This document shows positions 1 to 11,470 of a stretch of 64,000 nucleotides of DNA, one piece after another. Made by a program: the position numbers and the translations under genes. The stretch is from Gnetum montanum (Eukaryota > Plantae > Gnetophyta): the NCBI GenBank assembly GCA_015680685.1, contig MNCI01001040.1:307492-371491 (forward strand). The letters run 5' to 3'. Under the pieces are notes generated by a model that saw only the letters and a list, made by a program, of their open reading frames with translations, had not been told where the DNA came from and ran no database searches. The number at the start of each line of letters is the position of its first letter. Within the stretch, counting starts at the first letter, position 1.

Positions 1-288
1 AGTAGGGACATAATGAAGGACCCTTTGTGCTATAGAAGCCTTCACCTCTAGGCATAGTATGAAGATTTCATCCAATCTTTGTCCATCCAACAAGCACTTG
101 TCAATTTTTGTTAAAGTGTCCAAATTCTTTATAAATTGCACCAATTTTGTATCCATAAAAAATGACACTCATGAGTTGTATTGTTTATTAGAGTACGTTA
201 GTGAGTTATATACTTCCCCAAATTTTGTAACAAAGTCAGTTCCATTTTTATTTACTCAACAATGAATTTTTAGTTAGTTGTGGAGGTA
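1..288 (+). mobile_element. 3' internal end of Athila-like element Z (end of extra/env-like ORF, 3' UTR, PPT)
   Basis: Frame EGPFVL*KPSPLGIV* (~15-62) matches the C-terminus of the extra ORFs of C (EGPLTTQEPPPLG, ~58295) and A (EEPPPLGTT*). TAGTTGTGGAGGTA precedes the LTR start, as TAGTTGTGAGGGTA does in C. Confidence 0.7.
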
Positions 289-393
289 TGATGAAGCATC
301 AATAAGGTAGCTATGTTAACACATCACATGATTCATTGGTGCATGTGCATTGATGCTAATCCTTGTAAAGAATATATAAGTGCATAGACTAGC

Positions 394-1223
394 TTATGAG
401 TAGCAAGGTACATCTACACCCAACCATATGAATCATAAGCATTCATGCATGATTCGGTTGAATTCCATGGATGGAATTAGTTGTGCATCTGAATTGTTAT
501 GCTTTGATTGCAGTTTGTTGTCTTCTGACTTAGACTAGTGGTAACGTTGTCACGTATTGTTTAGTCCAAAGAGAGGCATATGATGTTGTCTAATCCTATG
601 CTGCTCCTAATGATGATAAAGAGATAAATTAATTAAGCTAATGAAAAATGGAGAATATTATCTAAACTAGCCTATGTGCAACCTTGAACTTCATATAACT
701 ACCACTAGGATTGACAAGCGTACATTAGTGGGTGTGCCAAATGATACACTGCTGGACCATCAAGTACTTACACTTAAGTGCTCTTGATCAAATGTACTCA
801 TTCTACTTAATGAAAAGAATCATAAAGTGCAATAAATGAAATTATTAACTAAGGAAAATGGTAAATAATTAAAAAATTAACACTTGAAAGCAATAAGAAT
901 CTAAGTGGATGCTGCAATCATGGAAGTAATTACAATCTTTATTTCCGGTCATGTCACGTGTCCAACTATGACACACTTGAATAAGAGTATTGTATAATTA
1001 CAAACATCATGCTATGGGCATGCAATAGGAATAATAGAAGTTGAATTCAAAAATCTAAGAAAGACTATAAAAAATGGATAACTAAAAACAATGTTTCAAC
1101 CATGCACCCAAGTGTTGTATTTATAGGCTAGCATGGAAGAGATGATATTAGATATCTAACATCATTTCTTGGGACCTAATATTGGGTATCCAATATCAAG
1201 GTTGACATAATGATGAGTCATCA
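394..1223 (-). repeat. 3' LTR of element A
   Basis: Colinear with 8299-9094 plus 28414-28505. On the minus strand it begins TGATGACTC directly after GGGGGTA. Confidence 0.9.
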
Positions 1224-1411
1224 TACCCCCATGAATTAATAAAAAATCATCCTCAAGTTAACCAAAATGAGGAACAAGTTCTTTACAAAAATTGGTAGAA
1301 AGGTATGGAATTATTAGCTAACTTAGACAAATAAACAAATGGACTTATACATGCCATAGTGGTGCTTTACAAAAATTGGACACAAAATTATAAGATACAA
1401 CTAAAGGAAGC

Positions 1412-4137
1412 TCATGTGGTTCCTAGAGGTGGTGGCTCTTCCATCAAGTGCTTCCCTTTGTCACCAAGCTTTTGAAATTTGTAGTGATTAAGCAATGTCT
1501 GCAACTTCTCCTCTTCCATTTTTGGGTTGTGTACCATCTAGGCTATTAGACTGATGTGTGTTTGAACTAGTAATTCCCAAGGGCATGGTGGCTATGGAAA
1601 CATTTTGTTGGCCTTCACATACTAGGCCACAAAGTACCATCGTTCTTTCTCAACGGCCCTAGCTTTTTCTCATAATTCTTGATAATCTGTTAATCTCTTA
1701 GCTAGGTTTGAGGTGACATCCCTTTGTCCATGGTAGTTGGCTTTAACTACCTTCAATTCCAAGTTTTCCACATGGAGCTTTTGCAAAGCATATTTTCTAT
1801 CTACAAATTATTTTTCATACAATGCATAGGTGGTTGCTACATACTTCTCTAGCTTGCTTCTAAGCTAGCCTGTTGTTAACATGGCAAGGTTGGAATATCT
1901 GAGGTTAGCCAATGCCATGTACTCTTTTCAATCCTTAATCTATAGGTCTTTATTTTTTACTTCTACCTAATGGAGTAGAGCATAACTATCCAAGATGGGT
2001 TGCCAGTTGGGATTTCACACTAAAATGGCTCTAATGCTGGCTTTAGCCATCTAGTTTTCCTTTTCATTTATTTACTTATGCATGCCTACTTGGTCAAGGA
2101 AGTGTTCCTTCAATTTTTCATGTTTCTTGGCCTCATTTTACTATGCACTAATTTCAATTGATGAATTCTATTGAATGGCACAAACATCCTCCATTGAGAG
2201 GGTTCTATTTTCCCTAGTTAATTTATTGATGTCCTAGTTGACCCTCACTAGTTGTTCTCGCAACTGGTGGACACTTTCCTCTAAAATATTTTTTTACTTT
2301 TCAATTGTGGTCAACCTTGAATTTTCAGTGATTAGATGCTTATTTTCATCTTGCATGGTGGTCGGTGCCTTTTTGAAAGTGTAGGTCTATGCTTTGGTTG
2401 CAGAGGTATTCTAGACCACCTTTTCCTCCTCTTGCTCTACAACTTTGTTCTCCTTAATTAGTTTGGCCGAAAACTCTGTCCTAAATTATTCTAGCTAGTT
2501 AGGTGCAATATCCCATTATTCAACTCTTAGAGTGGATAGCTCTTGTTGCAACCTATGCAATTCTGCTTCTGTGTGCTCTACGTTGGTCTCTACCATGACT
2601 AGTTTTTCATTGGTGGCTATGATGTTAGACTATGTTGTAGTGACATCACTATGGATGTCAAATAAATTAGTCATCACTTGATCTCCCTACAACATTCAAT
2701 CTAACACATCCTCATGTGCTGTAGGAGTCATCGAAGTCCCAGTGAGCATTTGAGCATATTTGATCCCCATAAGAGCTACTGAGGGCATGACAAGCACATT
2801 GAATGATTCCTTGATATGATCTGTTATTACTTCTACTATGCTTGTCACATTTTGATGCTACATTACCATGACTGTGGCACCTTCTCTTGTCTCAAGCATC
2901 ACTTGGAAGAATGTGACATTTCCAAATATTTTCCTAGACCACTAGGACTCCCCTCTTGATTGCATCGAAATCTTCCTACTTGTTGAGTTGGTTGAAATGG
3001 TGGATGATACAACATCATTGATTACTCTAAAAAGATTGGACTCATCCCTAATTCCCCAAATAATAGCTTTAGCAATTTTTTATAGATGGATTATTAAGGA
3101 TTTGTAATCTTGCAATGGTGGCGATGGTGAAGCTTGTGTTTTAGGGCATTGTTTGGGCTCATATTGAACTTCTGTTTCTGGTTCTATTTATTTCTCTAGT
3201 TCTTGTTCTTTACCAAGGTATTTCATTGGTGCCGTAGGTTTGAGAAACTCTACAAAGGAAGTGTTCTAAGCCTTCCTAGGGACATTGTTTGTGTACCCTA
3301 GGATTCCAACACACTTACATAGCTTTCCAATTAGGCAAGGAAATGGGAGTGTTGGCTTTCCTACCTTTTTCTCCTCAAATCACCTTTGAATTTCTATGAA
3401 ATAGAATTAAGGAAGGTTTCTCATGTATTTATCCATTAAGATAGCACTTCTTCTAGTTGCATATGTTGAGATCCTATTAAGTCCTTTGGTTAAGAAGAGA
3501 TGATATATGCTAATCTTGAAGTATGTCCTTTCCTCTAGAGTTAATTCATTATACGTTTTGACCTCCTTATTGTATGCCAATTTCAACCATAGCTTCTTAG
3601 TGTTAGGGTTAGGCTTGGTGGAAAGATGGGCTATCTTAGCCCCCTTTTTTGCAAATTAAGAGCTGTTATAATTACCTTGACTAAGAATGAGACATTGACT
3701 TTGCATATGTTGAGAATGGTACCTTTGTCTTTGTTGTGCTAGAATTGGTGGGTCTTGCCAAGGTACTAATCACTACTATATGAAAGAATGGGCCACAAAG
3801 GTGACACCTAAATTTTCATCCAAACTACTTATAAAGAAAATTCCATAAGCAGACCAAATTTCATCTCCAAAATAACTATGATCAACATGGACTTTTCTTG
3901 AATGGCTGTAAGGAATTTAGGGGGCAATGTGAGATATTGTATTTACACGGGAGCTAGTGGTCTTGTTGCCTCTCCCTAGATTGATTGTGTAGTAGCAAGA
4001 GCCTCTTGATGGATACTGAAAGATTGGGCTTCCTATTCTTCATGCTCTACCAGCTCACCTTATTGTCCTCTACCATCTCTTGGGCATTTGGGTGCTCTTT
4101 GCAAGGGTTCTTCCTATGCTCCTCTTTTTGGGACCAT
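1412..4137 (-). pseudogene. Decayed extra (env-like / plant-transposon-protein) ORF of element A
   Basis: Begins ATG GTC CCA AAA AGA right after a TTGCAG acceptor and ends EEPPPLGTT*. Many in-frame stops. Sits between the pol remnant and the 3' LTR, as in Athila. Confidence 0.7.
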
Positions 4138-5039
4138 CTGCAATCAAGAAAAGATCAAGTGTTACTAAGGTGCCAATATTTACCATTAACAGATGTATAC
4201 CATACTCATGACCTTAATTTCATTAAGTTCTTCAATTTATATGATTTCAAAGTTAGAAAAAGTTTTAGGAGAAATTCCTAAAAAGTGTTTATCTTCTTTT
4301 ATGACCCTTTGCAATTGGTTCCTTTTTCCTCATGTGTGGCTTATTATAATGGTTATGGTTCCTTGGGTGAAGACATTAAGGTTTATCGCATTACCATGAT
4401 TGATTTTTCAGTATAACACTTATGGTTTTTAACATTCTTACCCTTATAATATCCTTCGGGCAATAGCAGATTTTAGAAAAGTGTCTCAAGTTTTCCCACA
4501 CAAGTAGCCCCCCATGACTAACTTGAACACTCTAGGTTCAGATAGGTTCAAATGGTATAGAAAATGGAGTGGTAGAGAGCTATATATCACAAGTATGAAA
4601 TTTAACAATGAAATACTTGAAAGGTTAAAAATGATGTCATTATGTCAAACAAGTGCAAGTCACAAAAGTTACACAAGTGGATCCTCCCCAAAGTAGGCTC
4701 TAGCCTATGATGCCCTTGTGTTATCATACCTAAAAATGTCCATAGGCACTAAAGGGGTTGAATGCAATGCATACATGTGCAACAAAACACACATGTTAAA
4801 ACCACCAATTTGAGATAATAACTCTATGTTATAAAAAACCACAAGTTATGATTAGATAGACAACAATATGAGATGGGCTGTAGAAAGGATTGTAAAAATT
4901 GGGACATGAGGTGTCTTACCAAGAGCATAATGAATCCTTGTATTTTATTAATGGTTAAATAAGAATGAGTCCTTCTTTCTAAGATTGAAACCAAGTCAAA
5001 ATCATATTTTAGGAACATCACATTATTTCATCACATCAG

Positions 5040-5340
5040 CAGACAACCATAAGACTATCATAGTTGCAAGGAGTAACATCACTTTCCGTTTTGTCCAAGG
5101 GAGAAGCTTCTTTATGGCACATGTTTTTTTTATGTTTCTAAGAAGATGCCAACTTTTAGCCATGGGTACATGTCTTTCTAGTGGGACCCACAAAAACTAT
5201 TTAGTGCCTTTTTATGGTACTCTTACTTCTATTTTTCATTAGATTTACAAGAATATAATTATAACCTCAGCAACATGATAGAACATATAGAAGTGGCCAA
5301 AGAGAATTCACAAATTTCCTTGATGTCACACCCCCTACAT
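5040..5340 (-). pseudogene. Short integrase-like remnant of element A
   Basis: An NSL.GHFY-like stretch resembles the GGHF zinc-binding region of gypsy integrase. Very degraded. Confidence 0.35.
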
Positions 5341-5899
5341 TTTGCCTTGGTTCTACACTCTTCTACCTAGACACAATGATTATGGAGTTATTTTTAGGTT
5401 GGCTGATGAAAAAGAATATCATTATGACCAAGGCAAGAACCTCTTATTAATGGGATGAGTGGATGGATGACGTGGTCTCACTATATGAATAATCAATCCC
5501 TTATGATTTAACAACATAGAGAAAACCTCACCTCAATGGGCAAAATGATCATTTTATTCAAAAGTAAGATTACATAACAAAGAAAATGAAAATAAAAAAA
5601 TTGAAAAAGTTTGAAGGAATTAGAAAAACTATATCAAAAAATAAGAAATTGACAAAAAAAGTGTAAAAATAAATGAAAAACACTTATGAATCTTGAAGAT
5701 TAGAATGGGGGGTGTCTCCTATGACTAAAGATTTGGTTGTGATGAGGCTTAATAAGTTAATAGATAGGATCCATGCATGTATAAAACATTGGTAACCTTT
5801 CATTACCTAATCATTGGGTGTGTTTTAATGTTGTAATGGTTGGGTAGACAAATTGTTGATCACATACTTCATTGTTAAATGTATGGTGGGTTAGGATAT

Positions 5900-8173
5900 G
5901 AGGTGTGTTAATGTGACGGATGTCTAGCCCATGATTGCACCCTTGATCATGATATGGTATGCATGGATTTTTGGTCTTACCACACTTGTAGATTCATTTC
6001 TTGGGTTTGTAATTGGAGTAACAATGGATGGTGCCCCTTGTGTAGGATCAGAGGATGGTGGTGGTGAAAAGGGAGGCATTGAACTAAAATGGCATTATGC
6101 TAGTTCAAATGATGTGGTAAATCCATGAGTGTTTTGCTTTAGCTTATGTCCTTTCCTAAAGAAGGGACATTTCTAATGTGTTAGTTGGGATGTATTGGTG
6201 TTAGCATGTCTATGCACATTTGTAGCACAAGTGACATTTTTTTTGTTGATATTGTGGTGCTAAATGTTCTTGTGTCACTGGTGATGGTGTGTAATGAGGT
6301 GGAGTATGAGAATATAGAGGGTAGGATGGATGGTAAGAGGCACGGTATGGTGATCCCTTAGGGGATTTCATGGGTTGATGGTACTTGAGAAAGTGATAGT
6401 GGTGATTTAAAGTAGAGGATGTACAACTACTTGGAGAACAAGGTGTTGAACATAATATCCATGCGATTTTGCAGATAGGAAGGATAGGGATGATTTGGTG
6501 GTGGCCTCCTCCATGACTATGGTTGTTGCCACTATGATTGTTGACAATGCTAAGGCTAGTAATAAGTCCCCATAGGAGAGTACGGTTGGTTGTGGGGTTG
6601 TCTATGATTACTATATGGGGAGGGAAATTTGCCAAGCATGTGCTTCTATACAAACTTTAGATTTAAGGCACCTATCCAATACTCATGTAGATGCATCAAG
6701 ATTGGGTGGTGCCCTTTGGATGATCATATATGTAGATTTCACCTCCATTATCTTGTCTATGGTTGGTTCTATAGCCTTACTTCCTTCAGCTCTTTTTCCT
6801 ATTTACTGAAAAATGTTCTTAGCTATTTCTTTGTTATGTATCCTTTGTTTATTGCGACTACTTGGATTTTTTTGCATGATTCTCTCCTCAACCATCTCAA
6901 TAAGAGTTGTAATGTTTTGATATATCCATTTTAACATCCTATTAAACTTTGCATCAAGTTCATCAATAGACTTTTGTATCAATAAGGTTCGTTGTAGAAT
7001 CACCTCATCGAGAGTAGTTTCTTTCTCCTTACCATAGATATGGACCTCTTTCTATTGAAGAGTAGGGTCCCACTGATATTTTTTAAACATTTTTCCATTT
7101 TCATATCTCTCATTCTTCTTTTTCCATACACTTGATTAACTCTTGGATCTAATGGGCTTATAGGTCATACATCCCAAGTGTCTTCCTCATTTCATTACAA
7201 AGCCCATCTATCATGTGGAAGAGTTTCCTTTTCTTAGAGAAACCATGGCCTAGGCATCTATTTAATAGGGAATAATATCTATCTAAGGCCATGTCTAGGG
7301 GTTTATGTTGTTCTTGTCTCCACCCTTGGATTTTTTTCCTCTGCACAGGTCTAGTATTTCTTGTTGAAGAGTTCTAGCATTGTGCATCATCGTTGGATTG
7401 AATTTGGCTTTAACAATCTATTCCACACTTTGGCTCTATCAATCAGTGTCCTAGGAAAGAGTTTAAGCTTTTGTCATCCACTTTCAACGTTGTAATAAAC
7501 ATAGGCATCATGGAAGGCTTGTAATAATGATATGGATCTGAATCATAGTCTCTTGCAAATTTAGGAATATTATTCATATCAAGCCTTGGTAGGTGACACT
7601 CTTTATGATGCTTGCAAGATATCCTAACTACCTTTCTGATTTTCATTAGGCTATTAGTGTCCAACAAGGGTTCATTGTTGTTAGATAGGTTGTGAGGAAG
7701 ATTTCTATTTCTATTCATTTAATCATGATGATGTTGTTTATGTTCATGTTGATGTCTTTGATTTCTCCCATGGGTTTGACCATTTTTTTTATTCCAACCC
7801 TCTAGTGGAACTTTATCTCCATCCTACATTCATCTTCATCAAAAGTAGACATTGAAAGGGAATAGGAAGATCCAAAACTAGAAGGATTACCATGGATTCT
7901 ATGGTGTTCCCTAAGGTCCCTTGATTTATTCTTTCTAAATTTCAAGGAGGTCCTAGGCCTTGAGGCCTCCCCTGGTCCAAGACTTATTTCATCTCCTCCA
8001 AGGTTATCTACCTTAGGTGAATTTAGTCTTTGAGTGTTGTTAGGATGGTCATGAACATAAGTAATCCTTTCATAAGGTTGGTCACTCCAATTTTCCTCAC
8101 CATATATCTCATTAGTTCTCTAATGAATGTTTTTGTTATACAGTGCATTATCACTTCCTTGTGAAAGAGACAT
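5900..8173 (-). pseudogene. gag: Decayed gag of element A
   Basis: ATG at 8173 follows the PBS. YYSLLNRCLGHGFS..MIDGL is homologous to C gag (YYSWLHRCLGHGFS..IIDGL). Cys/His knuckle-like CHLCYKC near 6220. Confidence 0.75.
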
Positions 8174-8279
8174 TGTTGTTGGCTTATGGTGTGTGTGATT
8201 TAATATGTTCTAAAGGATATATCATTAATACCTTTATAGTGATCGTGTATGATATAACTAATCTAGATAACTAGCATCA

Positions 8280-8297
8280 TCCCTAGAAATGGTGCTA
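8280..8297 (-). other. Primer-binding site of A (tRNA-Asp type, degenerate)
   Basis: Minus-strand TAGCACCATTTCTAGGGA resembles the Athila PBS TGGCGCCGTTGCCGGGGA, mostly via C>T/G>A changes. It lies 1 nt from the LTR end. Confidence 0.7.
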
Positions 8298-8298
8298 A

Positions 8299-9094
8299 TG
8301 ATGAGTGGTGAGGTACCCCTATGCCCAACCATACAAATCATAAGTGTTCATGCACAATTCAATCAAAATTTATGGATGGAACTAGTTGTGCATCTAAATT
8401 GTTATGCTTTGATTGTAGTTTGTTGTCTTGCCACATGTACTAGTGGTAACTTTTTCACGTATGGTTTAGTCCAAATTGAGGCATACAATGTTATCTAATC
8501 CTATGCTACTCATAATGATGATAAAGAGATAAATTAATTAAGTTAATGAAAAATGGAAAATAAGATCTAAACTAGCCTATTTGTGATGAGTATCCATCCC
8601 TAATCATTTGTACATGCCTTAGAATTCATATAACTACTACTGGGATTGCCAGGCGTATGTCACTGGGTGTGCCAAACAATACACTGCTAGATTACCAAGT
8701 ACTTACACTTAAGCACTTGTGATCAGATGTACTCATTTTTCTTAATGACAAGAATTGTAAATAGTAATAAATGAAATTATTAACTAAGGAAAATAGTAAA
8801 TAATTAAATAATTAACAATTAAAAGCAATAATAACCTAAGTGGATGCTACAATGATGGAAGTAATCATTATCTTTATTTCTAGTCATGTAATGTGTTCAA
8901 GTATGCCACACTCGAATAAGAATGTTGTACAATTACAAACATCACGCTATGGGCATGCACTAGGAATAACAAAACTTGAATTCAGAAATCTAAGAAAGGC
9001 TATAAAAAACTAATAACTAAAAATTATGTCCCAACCATGCACCCAAGTGTTATATTAATAGGGTAGCATAGAAGAGATGATATTGAATATCTAA
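8299..9094 (-). repeat. 5' LTR of element A, main part (continues at 28414-28505 beyond nested B)
   Basis: Homologous to 394-1160. Interrupted at ...ATATCTAA and resumes CATCATTTCTTGGGACC at 28414. Confidence 0.9.
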
Positions 9095-11018
9095 TGAAAC
9101 ACCACCAATTTCAAGCTTCTACAGTTTCAACAAAAAATTTGTCTAAGTGTCAAAACTTGACAAATTTCTTCTATGTGTTTGTGCTATGCTCTCTAGCATA
9201 GGTAGCATAGCACACATCAAGGCCTATTTTGAAAAATTTTTCTAAGTATCAGCAAAAATCACATGAAAATTTTTCTAAGTATCCAGCTATGCTCTAAATC
9301 TACCTACTATGCTCCCTAGCATAGCCAGTGTAGCACACTCTTCCATGACCAGTTTGGCCAAAGTGCCAAGCCAAAAGTGATCAAGGTTACTTGGGATGAA
9401 TGAAATAGTTCAACAAATTTTCTATCTCCTGGGTTGTCACACTTGCTACACTTCCCAACATAGCTAGGGTAGCACATGATCTAGTGGATAGTTCCCCCAA
9501 GTACCAAGCTAGAGTTTGTCAGTATTGCTCAAGATGGAAAAAATAGTTTGGCAAATTTTCTATCTCTTGGGTTGATATGCTTTGCTATGTTCCCTAGCGT
9601 AGCTAGCATAGCACAAGTTCTAGTTCTCAATTTTCCTAAGTGTTTGATGAGGATCTGTCAAGCTAGCTCGACATGGAAGACACATTTGGCACATCTTCTA
9701 ACTTCCAAGGCTACCTTTCCTGCTAGGCCCAAGAGCGTAGCCAATGTACCATGATAGAAGACTGTAGATTTTGTCAAAATTTGACTAAGTGTTCCTGCTA
9801 CACTACTACACTCCCCAGCATAGCTAGCATAACCAATGTTAAATATATAAATTTTGTAAAGTTTTACTAAGTGTTGTGTTACACTCTAGAGCGTAGCCAA
9901 CATGACACTAGAGAAAAGCCTCTAATAGCCTCCAAAATCCTCTAGAACTTGGCATCGACCTTCATCTCAACTCTGATGTTCCTTTGACAACCAAAATCAT
10001 TATTTTGCATCCCCTTTTGCACCCCCGTTGGTCCCCAATATTGTTCCTACACTTTACCCTACTCAAAATAGGGAAAGACGTAGTCTCAGAGCATAGCCTC
10101 CAAGTTGTGTTGTTTTTGCATTCCTTGTAGGTACATTGTGATCTTTTCAAACTTTGGAACATACAATCCATGTAGTGTAGTCATAATTTAGTAGTCTCTA
10201 GGGACCTATTATTATTCTTTAGAGTGTAACACTTTGTGACTCTCATGAGAGCATAACATGTCAACGTAACCCCATCTACACTTATTCCATGTGGCACCCA
10301 TGTCACATGGTGCCCAATCCGCTTTTCACACTAAACCTAGCCCTATAAATACCATGATGTTTAGCACTTTAGGGGTTGGAAAATCAAAAGAGCATTGGCC
10401 ATTTTCACTTTCTAAGCATCCTTTGCACTTTTGCACTTAAGCACCTGAGCTTTGTACCTTGGAACCTTCTAAAACGTAGTCCATCATTGCACTCACAAAA
10501 CATAGCAATAATCGACCTAGTAGGTTTAGTCCCCATGGTAGTCATTAGCTCCACATCTCGGGCATCCCAAAGATTGTGACTACACTACTACACTACCACT
10601 ATGCCTACCTATACACCACATACCATTCTCACCTCTCTTCCTACAATAGCTATGCTCCCCTTTTTGGGGTGGTGCATTTTTCGTTCTCAAGATCTATTCC
10701 ATTTTTTCAAAAATTTTTCCTTGATATTAAGCATAACTTTTACATTTTTTTTACTATTTGATATGTATTTTCACACTCACATCACTGTTCTTAGGTTGAG
10801 ACACCCTGCTACACCCTGGCTTAGTCAATCCTAGTATCCGCATGTAATGTAGTATAAATCCTTTTTACACATGGTTATTTTAACAACATGTAAGTCTCTA
10901 TCTGATTGCATAGATTGTCATTTTTGTTTCCTAGCATGGCCCTCATATAGATTTAGGGTTAGGCTGTACACCCACCAACCTCTGGATATTCTAGCTACTG
11001 ATGTTTTTGAATGTCACA
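9095..11018 (+). repeat. 5' LTR of element B
   Basis: TGAAACACC...TGTCACA, colinear with 26481-28408. TATA-like CCTATAAATA near 10342. Confidence 0.95.
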
Positions 11019-11023
11019 ATTTT

Positions 11024-11042
11024 TGGTGCTAAAAGGAGGGCC
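11024..11042 (+). other. Primer-binding site of B
   Basis: TGGTGCTAAAAGGAGGGCC lies 5 nt after the LTR. The same motif follows the 5' LTRs of D and E. Confidence 0.75.
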
Positions 11043-11470
11043 TTCCATTCCTTTTGTGTTCAATGGTAGTCCCACATGCTTTTTGCACCCCTATTACTAA
11101 TGGTAATCTAGCGTAGATGTAACACTCGTGGACATACCATGGTAGTAGATAGATCATAGGCCAGCATAGGAGTTTTTGCATTTTAGTTTGTGTAGATTGA
11201 TCCTAGTTGTCGGTTCTTCTGGAACCCTATAGGATGAAAGCCCAACTGTGTCTATATTGTCAAGATTTGAGTGTTCTGGAGAGCATAACAACCCCTTAGA
11301 GCATAATAGGCATAACATCAAAGTTAGTCACTTTTTAATAGCATTTCTAGAGTTAGTCATTTTTTGACCTATTTTCACAGTTTTCATACCTAGCCATTTT
11401 CTCAACTTTTTCTACATTTAATCATTTTTTATTCAGTGTTGTCTTTCCTAAAGCTTTTCTACATGGTAAC

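Noticed and set aside
10376-10834. ORFs repeated at 27980-28231 (likewise 32659-33213 and 40437-40922)
   Set aside because: They recur only because they lie in paired LTRs. Frames are not preserved and no domain is recognisable.
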